From positions 1-64,000 of the IMG/VR virus record IMGVR_UViG_3300027881_000007: DNA of 64,000 bases, one strand, 5' to 3'. The notes under the pieces are model-generated. The model did not search any database and had not been told where the DNA came from. It saw nothing but the letters and a program-made list of their open reading frames with translations. This stretch comes from a virus. Shown piece after piece: positions 63,002-64,000 of the stretch (the first letter of the stretch is position 1; each line of letters starts with the position of its first letter). Both the position numbers and the translations under genes were made by a program.

Positions 63002-63785
63002 CTATCGTGTCTCTTGGAGAGAGCATTTTCTCTACAACCTCATAGACATCTTCAGGATCGGGTTCAGATGCCATATCCTCTTTGAGGCACATTGTTTTTG
63101 CTCTCTCAAGTAGAGCCTCCTGTGCGCGAGAATTTTTCATCCCTTTTGATTCCATTAAATCAACTACATCTTGATTAGTAATTTGATCCGGCCGAATGTG
63201 CGTCTCAACCACTTTCTTTTTCTTTAAAGTTTTTACTTTTTTAACAACCCTTTTCTTTGGTGGTAGAAATCCCTCAGTCAGAAAATGGTCAACAGCATTG
63301 TGCATACTTCTAAGTCTTTCCTCGGCCATACTTCTCGCTTCACCTTCTTCTTCTTCGTCGTCGATTATGATTTTTCTGTCGTCACCCTTCTTGTGAATGA
63401 TAGTTTCATCATCTACTAATGTAACACTTACTTCTTTCTTCTCAGTTTTAGTTTCCTTTTCATCTTCAGTGATAACCCTTGCTTCTATTTTTACTGGACT
63501 CACTACCCTAAATTCACTTCTCCAAGGATCCATGTAGAATCCATTTCCAATGATCTCCAATTTAGCCATTAACAACTCATCATCTTTCAGAGATCGTCTA
63601 ACAACGCTGTTCAATGCTGGCAAATCAACAGAGATAGACTCACTACGCACTTCGGCCGGAAACCCATATTCAACATTGTCTACTACAACTCGTAGTGTCC
63701 CAACCAATTCTTTGTAATCAATGCCGCCAATTTGAACTTCAAATTGGAGTGTTCTCCGTTCATTGACTTTTAACTTTAGTGCCAT
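62994..63785 (-). CDS. hypothetical protein (beta-rich N-domain, charged C-domain)
   Basis: GAGGA RBS, 263 aa. Confidence 0.7.
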   Translation of the reverse strand: MALKLKVNERRTLQFEVQIGGIDYKELVGTLRVVVDNVEYGFPAEVRSESISVDLPALNSVVRRSLKDDELLMAKLEIIGNGFYMDPWRSEFRVVSPVKIEARVITEDEKETKTEKKEVSVTLVDDETIIHKKGDDRKIIIDDEEEEGEARSMAEERLRSMHNAVDHFLTEGFLPPKKRVVKKVKTLKKKKVVETHIRPDQITNQDVVDLMESKGMKNSRAQEALLERAKTMCLKEDMASEPDPEDVYEVVEKMLSPRDTIDG

Positions 63786-63802
63786 AGCAATATCCTCTCT
63801 AA

Positions 63803-64000
63803 TTAATCCTCATCGTTATTATTATTGTTATCAAACTTAACTTTGGTCACCTCAATCATTGTAAGATCTTCGACTTCTCTAGTTTTCTCTAATTCAACTC
63901 TCTTAACCATGACCAAAGGTCTTTTGATTTCTTCTTCTTCGATACGCAAAACTGCCGTGCCGCCTACATCAGGTATAAGACCTGGACAGGGACAGCATAT
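63803..64000 (-). CDS. hypothetical protein, 5' partial
   Basis: Open frame ICCPCPGLIPDVGG...NNDED* from the window end. Confidence 0.55.
   Translation of the reverse strand: MCCPCPGLIPDVGGTAVLRIEEEEIKRPLVMVKRVELEKTREVEDLTMIEVTKVKFDNNNNNDED

Noticed and set aside
1-64000. Genome-wide stop-codon reassignment (TGA or TAG)
   Set aside because: Long genes are intact in code 11, and TGA, TAG and TAA all end genes with tight coupling to the next start
1-64000. CRISPR array, diversity-generating retroelement, integrase or transposase
   Set aside because: No regularly spaced repeat-spacer array, no reverse transcriptase or adenine-specific TR/VR pair, and no recombinase motifs seen. The duplicated fibre domains differ at all base types

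Overview
This is a 64-kb segment of a large tailed bacteriophage, probably a jumbo myovirus since it encodes a contractile tail sheath. It uses the standard code, is AT-rich, has strong AGGAGG ribosome-binding sites, and is almost all on the minus strand. The host is probably an anaerobic Gram-negative bacterium, possibly Desulfobacterota; this is an inference from the single-cluster ferredoxin, the PilZ and MshEN domains, the lipoproteins and the apparent Sec recoding. Layout: (1) a plus-strand block with two PilZ proteins and a lipoprotein; (2) tail sheath and baseplate genes and four giant modular fibre proteins linked by mucin-like poly-Thr tracts; (3) a glycosylation and tailoring cluster that includes a glycosyltransferase with ppGalNAc-transferase-like motifs; (4) proteins sharing a T4-like capsid-targeting leader; (5) about 20 kb of small accessory ORFs, including 13 paralogues with a CxxCx5Cx3C motif; (6) lysis-like membrane genes, 3-4 sulfotransferases and APS kinase; (7) a shortened tRNA-Gly and two diverged copies of a pseudoknotted ncRNA. 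Top candidates for a new system: two genes with an in-frame TGA at a Cys-like position, each followed by a SECIS-like hairpin (phage selenoproteins missed by the ORF track); a phage mucin-type O-glycosylation and sulfation system; an expanded family of stand-alone Fe-S-motif proteins; and the tandem ncRNA. All family assignments come from motif recognition by eye, with no database searches.
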